64,000 nucleotides of DNA from Geosiphon pyriformis uo1. Its lineage: Eukaryota > Fungi > Glomeromycota. The stretch lies in contig JAAOMT010000649.1 of assembly GCA_016748015.1 (NCBI GenBank), positions 64,440 to 128,439 on the forward strand, in the 5' to 3' direction. Below, one piece after another: positions 42,101 through 55,000 of this stretch. The notes below the pieces were generated by a model, which saw only the letters and a program-made list of their open reading frames with translations, ran no database searches and was not told the DNA's origin. A program made the translations under genes and the position numbers. The stretch's first letter is position 1. The number at the start of each line of letters is the position of its first letter.

Positions 42101-42392
42101 ATGACTATTTTTTTCAATTAAAGATCTAAAAAAGCAGTTTTATACAGTAGTAAATGACCAATATTTATTGTAAATTTCATAAATATTTGAGAATTTTATT
42201 ATTAATAAACAGTTTATTTAAATTTAGTTTTAAAAAAATTAAAGTTAATATTAAATTTTTTACAAATATAATTTTAAGAAAAACTATTTTAAATAAACAA
42301 TTTTTTTATTTAATTATAATAGTTTTATAATTAATTATTAGTTACAAAACCCAATTGAGTTTTGTATTTTAAAGCATATATAATAGATAAAA
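39120..42392 (+). mobile_element. Old, heavily decayed LINE, 5' part (ORF1, endonuclease, RT with an internal deletion)
   Basis: Collinear with the young LINE: IVEETSYA at ~39197, a decayed LYTL..xTIAYNL at ~39700, and a decayed KIATxNxxG at ~40562. It continues seamlessly at 49268. Confidence 0.8.
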
Positions 42393-42522
42393 AAAACTTT
42401 CTCTCATCAATCTCCTGACTATAGCAAGAGCAAGAAGTAAATCGATAGAATAGTTTTCTCTTTCTTCTTTTTCCCTCTTTTATCTTAAAGTTATTTCTTT
42501 CAATACACCCCTTTTTGTTAAT

Positions 42523-44457
42523 ATGGAACTGACAGGCTCTTCTGTTGGTGGTTCAGGTTCTGTTTCAACGGGTTTGAGGACCCATTCTGGTGTTAAATCT
42601 AAACGTTTGGCAAGTGCTCACTCACATGGTGCATCCTACAAGAAACCTAAAAAGTCTGTTGCTGTTGGCAGTATGATCAATACGTTTACTGGTCTTCTTA
42701 GCTTGGGAGATTTGGGTAAAGCTAGTACCAAACCTGCAGTGTCCTGGGGTAGCAATTTTGGTAATATAGCAAGCAGTGTAAGTGGTTTTTCGGATGCAGA
42801 AAATATGACAAACTTAGTAGCTGAAGAAACAAGCTATGCAGAATCTGGTGAGGATGATGACATAGATGAAGCTACACCGAGAAAAACACGCACCAGGACG
42901 TATGCTCTAGGCAACCCAATGAAGCAATCTCTTTTCAACAATGTGAGTGATGACAATAGTGTGTTGGAACTCCCTCCTCGTATGCTTAGTGGTTCCAATC
43001 AATTGCTGTCACTCATGCTACATGTCTCGGAAATGTGAAGTTTTGATTCAACAAAGTTTTTCACACTTGATATTGAGCTTTCTGCAGTGTCTGGCAAATT
43101 AGTTAGTGACAAGTAAAAAAATTTTCTATTGAATTGATGGTTTTGGGGGGTGTCGACTTCCTTAAAATTTCTTGGAATCATCAGATCTTCATTTACTTTT
43201 GAGAATAGCTTGATAAAGGCAAGAAAGATGGCAGTCAGTGAGAAAATTTTGGTTAATAATAATGTTAAAAAAGCAAACAGCTGTTCAGATCAGGAGGTGA
43301 TCATCAAGAAGATCTCAGTAAATCTTCTCAGATTGGCAGTAGAATCAGTTTTTTTTAAATTCAGTAAGATTGTGTCCATCAAGATGCAGCTGATTAGTCT
43401 TTGGCAAAAGACCCTGGTTGAATTCAAATCATCTGAAGTAGCCAGTCTGGTTGCATCCGAGTAGTTAGTTCTCATAGAAAAGGATTCAGTGCATGTAGCT
43501 TTGATGATTGGTGATAAACAAACATGAGTATTAAGAGATCAGCATTGGGCATTGTTTTATACTCTTCCAGTTGGCACCACTGCCCATGATCTTTCTAATT
43601 TGTTAAATTCTTATGGTGGGAAAACCAGCATAGTTGGCCGTAATCCAGTTATGTATGTTCGAGATAGGTGTGCTATTATTTGTTTTGCTGATAAAGCTTC
43701 CAAGTTGGCTGCAATTAGTTTAGTTCCGATCTTTAAGGGTGTGAGTTTGCATTGGGCTGGTCTTTCTTTGGCCTGTTGTGCTACATATAAACATTTTGGT
43801 CATGTTTCAAATATGTGCTCTATGGGTGGAAATTCTGGGAGATATGGTAGACGTGTGATTACTCCTCAGAATCAGACCCATTTGGTTGACATTTATAAAA
43901 AAAGGCAAGCACCAATCACTCATCCAGTTTCTTTTGGTGGTAAAACTTGGGCTCAGGTAGTTGGCAGGTTTTTTTCTCATGTGGTTTTCTTTGTTGTTTC
44001 TGGTGCGAAGTCATTTTTAGATGTCAAAAGTCTTTCAATGGATTTTAATTCTTTCATGGTCACAGGTCTGAATGATCACTTGGTGTTCTTGGAACACTCT
44101 TTAGAACTCTTGGCCGACCAGGTTTCTGGCATCTTGAAAAGATTGAGCTCTGCTGAATTGGTGCCTTTGTTCCTTGCTTCACTAACTTCCCCTCTTGTTG
44201 TCTTTGCTTCTTTGGATTTGAGTGCAAACTCAAACATGGTGTTAGATGCTCCACAGGTTTTTTCTTCTCCTTCTATCACAGTCATTGACAATGCAGCTTC
44301 TAATTTAGGTTCTAGTAGTTCAAAAATCCTGACCACCAAAGTTGGTGGTTTGGAATCAAAAATGATGGCATTAGATGTAACAGTTGGTACAGTTTTGGCT
44401 AGATTGGATTTTTTGTGCTCTGAGTTGGGTTTGTTGTCTGTCTTTTCATCTCAATGA
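42523..44457 (+). pseudogene. LINE ORF1 (gag-like, CCHC knuckle), disrupted
   Basis: ORF pieces at 42523, 43150 and 43552 share one frame. Zinc knuckle CATYKHFGHVSNMC is CX2CX4HX4C with C>Y. Nonsense codons and apparent compensating frameshifts at ~43113-43150. Confidence 0.85.
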
Positions 44458-47400
44458 GTGGTTTGGTTTGGAAAATTGCTACTTGCAATGTTAGGGGCAT
44501 AAACAATCCTGCAAAACAGGATGACATTATTTGTTGACACAACGACATAAACAATTTGATTTCAATTTTTACAGAAACAAAGTTAAAAGAAAGGGTTCGT
44601 CCCTAGATCATCAACAAATTTGATGATATAAGAGTGTTTACCTCTGGCTTGGATTCTAGTTATCTGGGTGCTGGTGTTGTGATCGTCATAAATTCTTCTT
44701 TGACAAGACATGTGTGCAAGATTTCTAAGGTGCCTGGTCAGCTCTTGTCTATTAAATTGCTGTTCAAAAATAAACTTTCAGTATCAATTTTGGGGCTCTA
44801 TGCAGGCGCTTCTTTGGTGGTTTGGTTCTTTCAGGCTGGTAAGGTTAACTCTCTCATCATTAAGGCTGTTAATGAATCTTCTTTTGTCGTTCTTGGGGGT
44901 GATTTTAATGAAGATGGTTTGCGTAAAAGTGTGAGTTTTAGGAAGTGCCTTGATTTGAGACTAATCAATTCTCTGTTGAGTAGTCCAGTTGTGAAAAATC
45001 CTACTTGAGAAAATTCAAAGGGTGTGAAAAAGACAATTAATTATGTGTTTGTTTCTTCAAGTCTGGTCAGTACAATCATATATCGTAATGTTTTGGAGGT
45101 TGGCAAACATTATGATACAGATTACCAGACTGTCTCTGTGTCTATAGGCTTGGGTGGGCTTTTGGATGTGCAGCTGAACTTTCTTTGCAAACAGGCAAAT
45201 AAGGATCATTGGAAGTTCGATTTTAAGAATGTTGATGAGATTAGATAGAACAATTTTAAAGGTGCCACATTAGCCAATGCTACAATGTTCTCAGATGAGT
45301 TTGCCACCTCTGTAAAGTTTTCGGACTTGGATGCAATATGGAACATTGTTCACAAGATAATGATTCTCTTAGCTAGTGAAGTGTTTAAGAGGAAGTGGTT
45401 CAAAAGCTTTGATTATGTTTTCACCAAGGAATCTTTGAGATTTTACAAATTAAAGCTTTTGGTTTCCAAAATTGTCAAGGTCTCATGTGAGGAATGTGTA
45501 GCAAATTTTGAGTCTCTTATGGAACATTGGGTTTCTTTGGACAATGATAGGGCTTTATTTGTGCAAGGTGTGATGGACTTTGGTGCTAACACTAATGGTG
45601 TTTATTCTGCTTTTTTTAGTACTAAGAGGTCTTATCGCACATCCAAGCTTACTGAATCATTGAGAGCTAAGAAAGCAAATATCAGGTCTGCTATAGATAA
45701 GAGGATGGAGAGTTTTGAAATGGATAAAGGTCACATGATCAGAAGTGTGCTGGAACAATCTTTTTGCAAGGTGGTTTTGGATCATTTGGTCGTGGGTAAT
45801 GAGTTGGTTTTTGAGCCTAATTTGGTGAAATTTAAAGTGGATAATATTATAGAAGGATGGACCAGGAAGCGTGTAGTGGTCGATAATGTTTCTGATACTT
45901 GGTCTCGTCAGTACCAACTTTTGGACTACATTTTTGATAAGGTCTTTCCTGAAGTGATGTGTGTGATTGATTTTGATAAGTTGCATCATGTGGTCTCTAA
46001 TCTGCCTATTGGCAAAGCCACTGGTCTTTCAGGTATCTTTAATGACCTATGGAAACATTGTGATCAGTCAGTTTTGGATTTGCTTCTGGTCCTGTTAAAT
46101 TCTTGTCTGTCTTGTGAATTGGTACCTGGTCCTTGGAAAGAGGCTTGGGTTTCAATGATTCCCAAGCCTTATAAGTGGGAGGGTGTTCTCATGAATACTT
46201 GTCCTATTGCTTTGATTGAAACAGCTTGCAAAATTCTCTTCAAGATTCTTTCAGATAGAATCTCATTTGCTTGCAGCTCTCATGATGTTCTACATGGTAA
46301 CAATTTTTCAGTCTTAAAGGATATGATAACTCAGTCATCTATTTTTGCTATTGGTTCAGTTATTGAAGACTCTCTGGAGAAAAACTGAGAGCTTTGGTTG
46401 GTTTTACAGAACATGTAAAAAGCTTATGATTTGGTTGGCTAGAAGCACCTCAAGAGGAGTTTGGTTAGGATTAAGATGTGCAGCAAATTTATTCGGTTTT
46501 TTGGCAGTATTCATAAGAATTGCACCAACTGTGTGATGACAGATTTTGGTTTAACAGAAGACTATCATGTGCATGATAGCCTGAACCAAGAAGAAGTTTT
46601 TTTCCCCCTTTTGTGGCATATTTTTTATAATCCTCTGTTGTGTAAAGTTAAGTGTCAGGGAAGTGTGTATGAGTATAGATTGAATTCTCATTTTGTTTCC
46701 AAAAGTGGTCATATCAAATCTCAGGCTGGGCTCTCTTCTTTTTTTGCTGCTGGTGCTTTTGTTAATGATATAATCTGAGTTGGTAGCAGTCAAAATGCTA
46801 CTCAGCATATTCTCAATGTAGCTAGTAAATTTTTTTAAATTAATAACATTTCAATTAATAATGACAAAACAGTGGTCATTCCCATCAATAGCAGAGTCAG
46901 TGTTCTTTTTCTCTCCATTAGTGGCTCACCAATTTCCATCACCAAAAAGGGTGAATCTCATCAGTACTTGGGTATTTTTTTCTTGATTGAGGGTCTTTTA
47001 AAGCCTAGTTTGGCTAAGGCGAACTCAGATGTTTGTTTTTTCACCAATCTGGTCCTGAGAAAGGCAGTTTTGGATAAGCAATTTTTGTATCTGGTGTCAG
47101 CAGTTTTCTATTCTATAATTAGCTATAGAATGCAGTTTTGCTTTGTTTCTGTTGGTATGTGCACCAAATGGGATGCTCTGATTCGTAAAGGCTTGAAACT
47201 TAAATCTGGTCTCCCACTGAATTTTTCTAGTAATACAATTCACCATCCTTCTTTTTATGGTTTGAAGTCCTTTTCACAGTCTCAGTCAGAATGTAAGTTT
47301 GCTTTGCTTGTTAGTTTTGCAAACTCTAGTGGGATTTTGGGGCATTTGTTCAGTCACAGATTTCATGACTTACAAGTTTTGTGTTGGCAACCAATCCATC

Positions 47401-49132
47401 TATTGATCTCTCCTACTCGTATTCGTGTCAGTGTTTCTAATAATTTCTTGGCTGGTGTGATTTCTATCTTTCTTGACTGCAGGCTGTCTTTGGGTGGTTC
47501 TTTGGCCAGTACTTTTTGGTTTCGTGGTGGGGTTTCTATGTCTGTTGTTCTTGGCAATTCTTTGTTTTTCAAGTTTTTGCCATCCCTTTGATGTTATGGC
47601 ATTACTTTTGTGGACCAGCTTCGGGATCATTGTGGTGATGTCTTTAGCTGGCTTATCTTTAAGTGGTGGAAGAGACTAGATTCTTGTGGTCTAGTCTCTG
47701 AGTGGTTCGAATGTTTAGTCAAGTTCCTTGTAACTTCCTGTTCTTCTCCCTCAGTCTTGGTTGGTGTTGGTCCTGTTGACATTTGTGGTTCTGATAATTT
47801 TATGTCTGTATGTAATCATCTTTCTTGGATTGGTGTTGATAGTTTGTCTGTATATACAAATGAGTCATTGAAAAATTTGGGCATAATTGGTTGTAAGGCT
47901 GGGGCTGCTGTCTTTTTTGAGGACATTAACTTGAGTTTGGGTATTAGTGTTTGGAGTTTGGTGTCATCTACTTTGGCAGAATTACAGGCTATAACGTTGG
48001 CTCTAGAGTGCATACCTGTGGCTTGTTCTGTTTGTCTGTTTTCAGATAGTCAGGCGGCCTTGGATGCTTGTATGTCAGAGGTTAACTTGGGATATCCTGA
48101 CTTTCACAATCAGTGTTGGGTTGAGCACCAGCATATTAGGAATGTTATTCACAGTAAAAATTTAAGAGTTAGCTGGCACAAGGTTAAGAATCATTTTGGT
48201 GTGTTGGAGAATGATCGAGCTGATAGCATTGCTGATGCTGCAACTCTCTCTGATTGGTTTTTTTCTACTTATGTTGATGAACATTTTTTGTTGGCAGATG
48301 ATAGTATTGTCTTTGGTAATTCTAGACATTTTGTTCGAGACATTTTTCATGCTGTTTGTTGAGTGCATTAGGAGGTCGGTTCCAGTTCTGGGTTTCTACC
48401 TGGAAATTTGCACTTAGATATTGATTGGCCTGGTTCTTCCAGAATTTGGCATCCTGATTCGCATATGGCAACAGATTTCACTAGCAGGTGCACTGCTAAC
48501 ACTCGTACATACCTTATGAAGACTTTGCACCATCAGCTTCCTATGGTTGTTTGAAAGTGCGTTTATGATAGATGTTATCCTAGTGTTCTGTGTCTGTATT
48601 GTGATGAGGTAGAGGTGTCTGATCATGTATTTTCTTGTGTGATTGATAATTCAGCTCATCATCAGGTTTTGGAATCCTGTATGTCTTCTTGGAAAATGCT
48701 TTTTGGTCTTTTTCTTTCTTCTTTAAGTGTATTGCAGCTGCTGTCAATCTGTGCTTCAGATTTCCTGGTTTTCTTGGCTCTTTACAAGAGTTTTGTTTTC
48801 AAAGAATGGTTTCAGGAGGCTGTTTTTGTCTTCCACGATCCCAAAGTTACTGGCATTAAGATTGCTAATTTTGTGTGCTTTTTTTGTGTCGCTTTTAGAA
48901 ATGATATTTGGTTGGTCCATGCCAAGTATCGCGCATATATGAAAAAAATGGCCTGATCCTGGTGGATGGCTTGATTCTCATCTCGGTTTCTGGTTTAGTC
49001 TCGAGGTTTTCAGATGGTGTGGTTAAATTGCTTGGTATTGCTGAAGCTTTTGGCATCTGTTTTGGCTTTCGCAAATCTTGTTTTTTTTTTTCAGGTATTG
49101 ATGACCCGGTTTCTGTTAATATAATTGTGTAG
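44454..49132 (+). pseudogene. LINE ORF2 (APE endonuclease-RT-RNase H-Zn finger), disrupted by 13 stops and one frameshift
   Basis: ATG 44454 overlaps the ORF1 stop (ATGA). APE: KIATCNVRG, FTETKL, LGGDFNE, KTINYVF, DTDY. RT: IPKP, CPIALIE, QNM*KAYD, QEEVFFPLLW, FVND. RNase H: VYTNES, LAELQAI, FSDSQAA, KVKNH..ENDRADSIA. Zn finger CLYC...DHVFSC. Frameshift in the A-run at ~48945. Confidence 0.93.
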
Positions 49133-49267
49133 TGTTGTTCTGACTGGTTCGAGTGGCTGGTCACATGTAGAAAATGCATGATTTATACTTAGTTTAGATC
49201 ATTTCTTTGATGTATAGTTTTAAGTAGTGTTTGGACTTCACTCGTTAAATATTAATAATAAAAAAAA

Positions 49268-51112
49268 TAATAGATAAAATTTTTGATTTGTAAAAATTTA
49301 AAGTTTAAATCAACTTATTTAAGAATTTTTTAATAGTAATATTTTTTACTTTTTATTATATAGTTTGAAATTATTTAAACAGATATAATCTGAAGATAAA
49401 ATAACAAGTATAATAATATTTATAAATACTTTTATATTTTTAACATTCTTTTTTTCTAAAGTCTAAGATTTACAAAATTAAATTAATTGTTATATTATTT
49501 TTTTTAGTTTTCTATAAAACTATTAATATTATATTAAAACAATTTTTTAGTTAATATAACACATATTTATTCTAAATATAAAAACTTATTGTTTAATAAA
49601 TTATTTAATGCTTTTTGTTTTAAAAATAAAATCGAATTTTGAATGTTCTTAGTTATTTTGTTTATTATAGTGCAATTAAATTTCTGAAAAAATTTGGCAT
49701 TGCTTTTACCAATAGCTTTAAATAGCACTAATTTATGCTTTAATTAAAAGAATTTTTATTATTAAAAGCATTTTAATCTTAGAGACTTTGTTTTTATTTG
49801 GTTTAAAACTTTTATATTAATTATTATTAATAAAAATTTTATAAATAAACTTTAAATATATTATTTTTAGATCTTATTTTATGTTTGTTTAATTTATATT
49901 TTTTTAATATAATTAAAATACTCTTAAATAAAACTGGTTTAGAAATTGTTTTTGTGTATACTAACAAATAAGTAAAAAATTTAGATTTTTGTAATATTAT
50001 TTACAGTATTATTGCTTATTTTTTAGATATTAATCTTAATATAAACATAAATATTTAGAATAAAATGTTTTTAACTTTGGCCAAATTACAAGCAATAGTA
50101 TCAGTATTAGAATATATTTTTTTTTAATTAGATTCCTTAAATATATAAATAGTCATATTAGTAATTAATATTCTCAATTTTTATAATAAATACTAAGTAA
50201 AAAAATAATATATCAGTAATATTATTAGCAATAAAAATTTAAGTATTTAATAACACAAAATAAAAAATTATTTTGGTATTGTTGACAATAATTATACTAA
50301 TTTTTTGTGTACATTTTTATAGCTTTACTTTTATTTTATCATTTAATATTAAAAAAATCTTTTGTGTTTAATAGTAAAATTATTTCTGAAAATGTCTGCT
50401 ATTTTATAAAAACAGTTTTTAATTCTGTTTATTTTGTTGATTAAAAAGTTAATTGTATTAAAAAGGTTGTAAATAAATTTTTGGCTCATAATTTAATTTA
50501 ACAAAATCTGTTTTAGTGTAGTATTTTAATAAACATTTGAGAAGTGATTTTATTGATTCAAGTTTTGTGTTTTTTAAGATATATTTTATCTAAGTGATTT
50601 GATTTATTGAACAAGTTATTAAAAGATTGATAAAGTTGTCTATATGGCTATTGTCAAAAGTTTTGTCTTCAAAATTAATTCACTAAATTATTATTGATGT
50701 TTAGAAATACTTATGTAGTTGGAAGAATATTGTGAACTTTGTTTGTAATTTGGCAATCTGTTATAAATTAAATATAAAACTGAGTATAAAAAAAAACAAT
50801 CACCATAAATGGCACTGCTTTGTTTAACACTATTGGTTTTTCAGTAGCTAAGTGTATATAAAATATGTATAAGATGTAGTTTGTTCAAAGTGCTATGGTT
50901 TATTTTGGCTATAAGTCTGTTTTATTATTGCTTTCTGCTGATTTTTGGGTGTTTTTTAGTCCTTTGTTTAATATAAAAATTTAGTGTTGTTTTAATTGGT
51001 TTGAGTAGCTAATTACGTATAGTAAATGCATAAGCCACACTTATTTTAGATTCCAGAGTTGATGTATTGTAATAGATAGTGGTTGAGCTACATTTATTAA
51101 AATAAAATAAAA
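49268..51112 (+). mobile_element. Old decayed LINE, 3' part (post-RT region, RNase H, 3'UTR)
   Basis: Resumes the frame broken at 42392 (LICKNLKFKS vs LIRKGLKLKS). VYTNK at ~49954 and LAKLQAI at ~50078. The 3'UTR at 50980-51112 is homologous to 49130-49267. Confidence 0.8.
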
Positions 51113-52197
51113 GTCTTTTATAATTTACAAAAGCTATATTAACACAAAGATATAATTTATATATTTTGTTTAGTTTATTATTTTTGAAATTTTTGTCTTT
51201 AAAAGTTAAATCTATATTTTTTATACTTATATAAAAATTTTTTGGTTATATCAAAATTTTTTAATAAATTAAGCTTTTCTTAATTATGAGATACAATTAA
51301 TTATTTAAGTAGCTCCCAAGAAATAAATTAATAAAAAAATTGAGATATATAATTTTAAAATAAAAATCAATTCGCCTAGTTTTATAAATTAATATTCAAG
51401 AAAAAAACAGAAAATTAATACTAACCATTAAAATTTTTTAACTAAATAATTTTTTATCTTAGTATATAGTGTCTTTTTAAAACTTTATTTCGTTTATGTT
51501 AAAAGTACATTTTAGTTGTTGTCTGGCTTTGTTCACTTTAAATTGGTTATTAAGAACAATATTAAATTGTTTTATATAAATTTTGTATTTTAAAAATTTT
51601 AAATACTGTTATCAAGTTTGAGCTTGTAAAATTGCTTTTTTTATTATACTTAAGATTGGAAAATCTTTTTTAACAATAGTAACAAGATTTTTAATTTTGT
51701 TAAAATGATTTTTAATTACTATGTTAACCAATTTATTGTGATTAGTTTTTTTTAACTGATCCAAGATTACAAGCCATGGTAATTGCCTTTTATTTTTTCA
51801 AGAATACTATTTTCGAGTTTTAATATAAATTATTTAAAAATTTAAAGCACCAAATAATAATTCGCGTTAAATTTGGCAAAGAATTTTCTTGAATTAGCCA
51901 AAATATTTAATAACTGCTTCTTTTGGTTGTTTTTTAAAAGTATTGAATTTGTTTTAAAGTTGATAATAAATTTTGGAATCTAAGTTTTTGATACCAAGTT
52001 AAGAATGTTTTTCAAAAAGAAGAAAGTTTTAAAAACTTTTTGCATTATTCCAACTATTGGCTTGTATAGCTTTTTTTTAGTATTTTTAATTTAAGTTTGT
52101 GCATTTTTCTTCCAATAAAGTTAATAAATTTGATAATATAAGATGTGTTTGACCATTTTCAGTTTATATTAGGTTCAGCTTCAGCTTCAGCTAGAAA

Positions 52198-53731
52198 TTA
52201 GATGCTAAAATCTCTACCAATAGGATAATAATTTTCGCAATTTCCAAATGTCACTCCAAAATAAGGGCCGAAATGAGCTCTTGTTCCTTTACCATCAGTG
52301 CCTAAATTGCATCCCTAAAAAAAAGTCAAATAAATGAGCTATTTTTATCTTTACTTAATAGCACTCTAAAATAATAAATTAAAATAGCTTTCTATATAAA
52401 AGCCTTTTTTTAATAAAAATTAAACATACTGGATTTTCGCCATATTTTTGTTTATCCTGTTGTGAAAATCCCGGACATTGATAGACAATGCCATAACCTT
52501 CACGAACAAGTCTGGAAGCATCAGGATCTTCGCAATCACAATTCATGTCTGAAATCCAATACTCAGTCCCAGGGTGCATATATAATTTACCATCGGTTGA
52601 TTTTTTTGGAAAATGTGGGAAATAGTCATTAGTATGTGTGATCCTATGGACTTTGAGATTAGGAATTCGGTGGAATCGGGCTGCATACTGAGAATCTCCT
52701 GAACGTGGAGAGCCAAAAGTTATAACAGTAATATAAACATTTTCATTAAATCCTGGAAGCTTTGTGACAAAAAGGCCGGTTAATTGGGCATAAACTAATA
52801 TTATGATTAAAATATAAAGTTAAGACCACAGTTGTGAAATCACTCTCTTTGTGTTAAAATGAGTGAATAAAAATTTTTAATAATTCCTTACATCCACCAA
52901 TACCATGTCCAATTAAAAGAACGTTAATTAGTTTATTCCCTTCTCTACCAGTTTTTATTATCTTCATAGCTTTTTCTATTCTGCCATTTAAAAATGCGAA
53001 ACAGTCTTCTGGCCATGATTTCCACCAATTTGAATCAATTTTGAATATATTTGCTTCAGGATGCAATTTTCCTAGCTTAAACTTGGTATTTTCCATTTGG
53101 CTTTTACTCATTTCTGGCCCTAATTATTAAGAAAATATGAAATGTTTTTAAAACTAAAGACTTTTCAAATATAAAAAATAAAATCTTTTGTTTAAAAGCC
53201 CCCAAGCATTTTAGTAACTTTCCTCTAATAATTCCAATAATCTTTCGCATATCAATCTCAGCATAAACTCTACCTAATCAAATCATTTTAAATAAGAAAT
53301 TAATAAAAGATTTGAAAGAAAGTTATCTTTTACTTGAAAATCATCTTACCGATGAAGTTTTTACCAATTATATCATCCTTCTCTCTAATACAATAGACCT
53401 CATTTGCCATATGCGCCATTTGTTTGAAATGTCGAAGGGTCCTGTACTCTTTTACCAGTCTTTTAGGCAGTGGCACTTTTCTTGGCTTCTCGAATCCACC
53501 ACCACTACTTATTAAGAGTAGTTTTCGTTGATTATCATGTTGAAAGATTATTTCTCGACGCTTAAAGTTTGGCTTCACTTGAAAAAATTCATCATAATAT
53601 TTTGTTACATTTGTTGTTTTTGACAGTGGAGCAAGTTTTTTAGCTAATAAGTTTTCTCTTTGATTTTTGAAAGATGAAAAGCAAATGATTGGAAGAGAAA
53701 AGAAAAGAAATATCAATACATTTTGTAGCAT
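52198..53731 (-). CDS. Class 3 lipase-fold protein 2, catalytic Ser replaced by Gly; 5 exons, one non-canonical donor
   Basis: Exons: 53731-53350, 53273-53223, 53119-52892, 52794-52430, 52314-52198. Signal peptide MLQNVLIFLFFSLPIICFSS. Motifs ANEVYC, GIIRGPE, LLIGHGIGGFYA, TFGSPRSG, RITHTNDYFP, YWI..CDC, GCNLG..HFGPYFG. Confidence 0.82.
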
Positions 53732-54639
53732 GGTTTTTTTCAAAAAGACCAAGTCTTTGTTGAAGAGGAATTTAAAACTTTAAAGCGGTTTTTTCTCCAA
53801 TAAGCATTTAATGAAACTAGTATGGAAATTAAATTTCTATAGCCCAAAACTGAAAATAATTACACAGTATTGACTCTTTATAAAAGATTTGAAACATTAA
53901 TCGGTTATCTTCGAAATAAATCCTTTTATTTATTTAGTTATTTATTTATTTATCTTTCTTATCAAATACATGTAATAAGCAGTTTAATAAAATCGCGATA
54001 ATTGATAAAAACCTTGAAAATAAAACATATATAATGATTTCAAAAGGTTTAAAGACTTTTCTAGCAGTATAAAACTTATCTATAATCATAATTACTTTGT
54101 TTTAAAATTCTTAGAGTAGAATATACTTATATCTTGTTAGAAAATTACCATTAGAATAAACAGTTAGAGGTTATTTTCCCATTTTTTCTTATTATGAAAA
54201 AAAGGAAAATTTAGTAACCATTTTAGTCTATTTACTTAATCTGAAATCAATATTAAGTGTCAAGACTTTTGAATATCAATGATGCTTGTAGCATATCAAT
54301 AAATGCATTTATAAAATTGGTTAGTAAATTTTAATATAATGTAAAAATAAGTGATAAAATGAGAAATTTAAAATAATTGAGTAAAAAACAATAGTTTAAT
54401 TAAAAAATTTACATATTGGTATTTAAAACTTATACACTTATATTATTTTGTTAATTAATAATTAAATTTAAAAATTTACACATCAATAATTAATAATTAA
54501 GATTTTTTACATAATATTTAATTATTAATAATTCAAAATTAAAATACCAATATTTATTTAAAACTGCACACTATATCTAATTATTATTAATAGCTAATAA
54601 TTAGATTAATATTTAATTTTTGATAATAATAATCCAAAA

Positions 54640-55000
54640 TAATTCAAAATTTGTACATTAATATTTAATTGGTAATAATAATTAAACAGTTAACTCTAAA
54701 ATTTGTTCACAAATATTTAATCATTAATAATAAACAATTTTTAATAGCAAATTTGTACAGAAATATTCAGCTGTTGATAACAGCATATAATTAAATTCAA
54801 AATTTGCATATTAATATTTAAGTACTAATCATAATTAACAATATAATTTAAACTTATATATACTAACATTTATTTACTAAATAATAGTCAAATATTAAAT
54901 TTAAAATTTACTTGCTAACATTTATTTTTTAATAAAAATTAATTACTAAATTCAAATATTAAAATTTAACATATGCATATTAATATTTATTAATAATAAT
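54640..55000. repeat. Degenerate ~51-bp tandem repeat
   Basis: A motif like aaaatttg(t/c)ac.ttaatattta recurs at about 54646, 54698, 54749, 54799, 54850 and 54903. Confidence 0.6.

Larger units (their letters stand above)
42393..49267 (+). mobile_element. Near full-length LINE (non-LTR retrotransposon) with RNase H and a 12-bp TSD
   Basis: TSD TAATAGATAAAA at 42381-42392 and 49268-49279; pyrimidine-rich 5'UTR; two ORFs; 3'UTR ending aataataaaaaaaa. Confidence 0.95.

Noticed and set aside
44454-49132. TGA at Trp positions suggesting genetic code 4 (mitochondrial or Mollicutes endosymbiont origin)
   Set aside because: TAG also replaces Trp, TGA/TAA replace Arg or Gln, and catalytic Asp residues are mutated. 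This is transition damage, not recoding.
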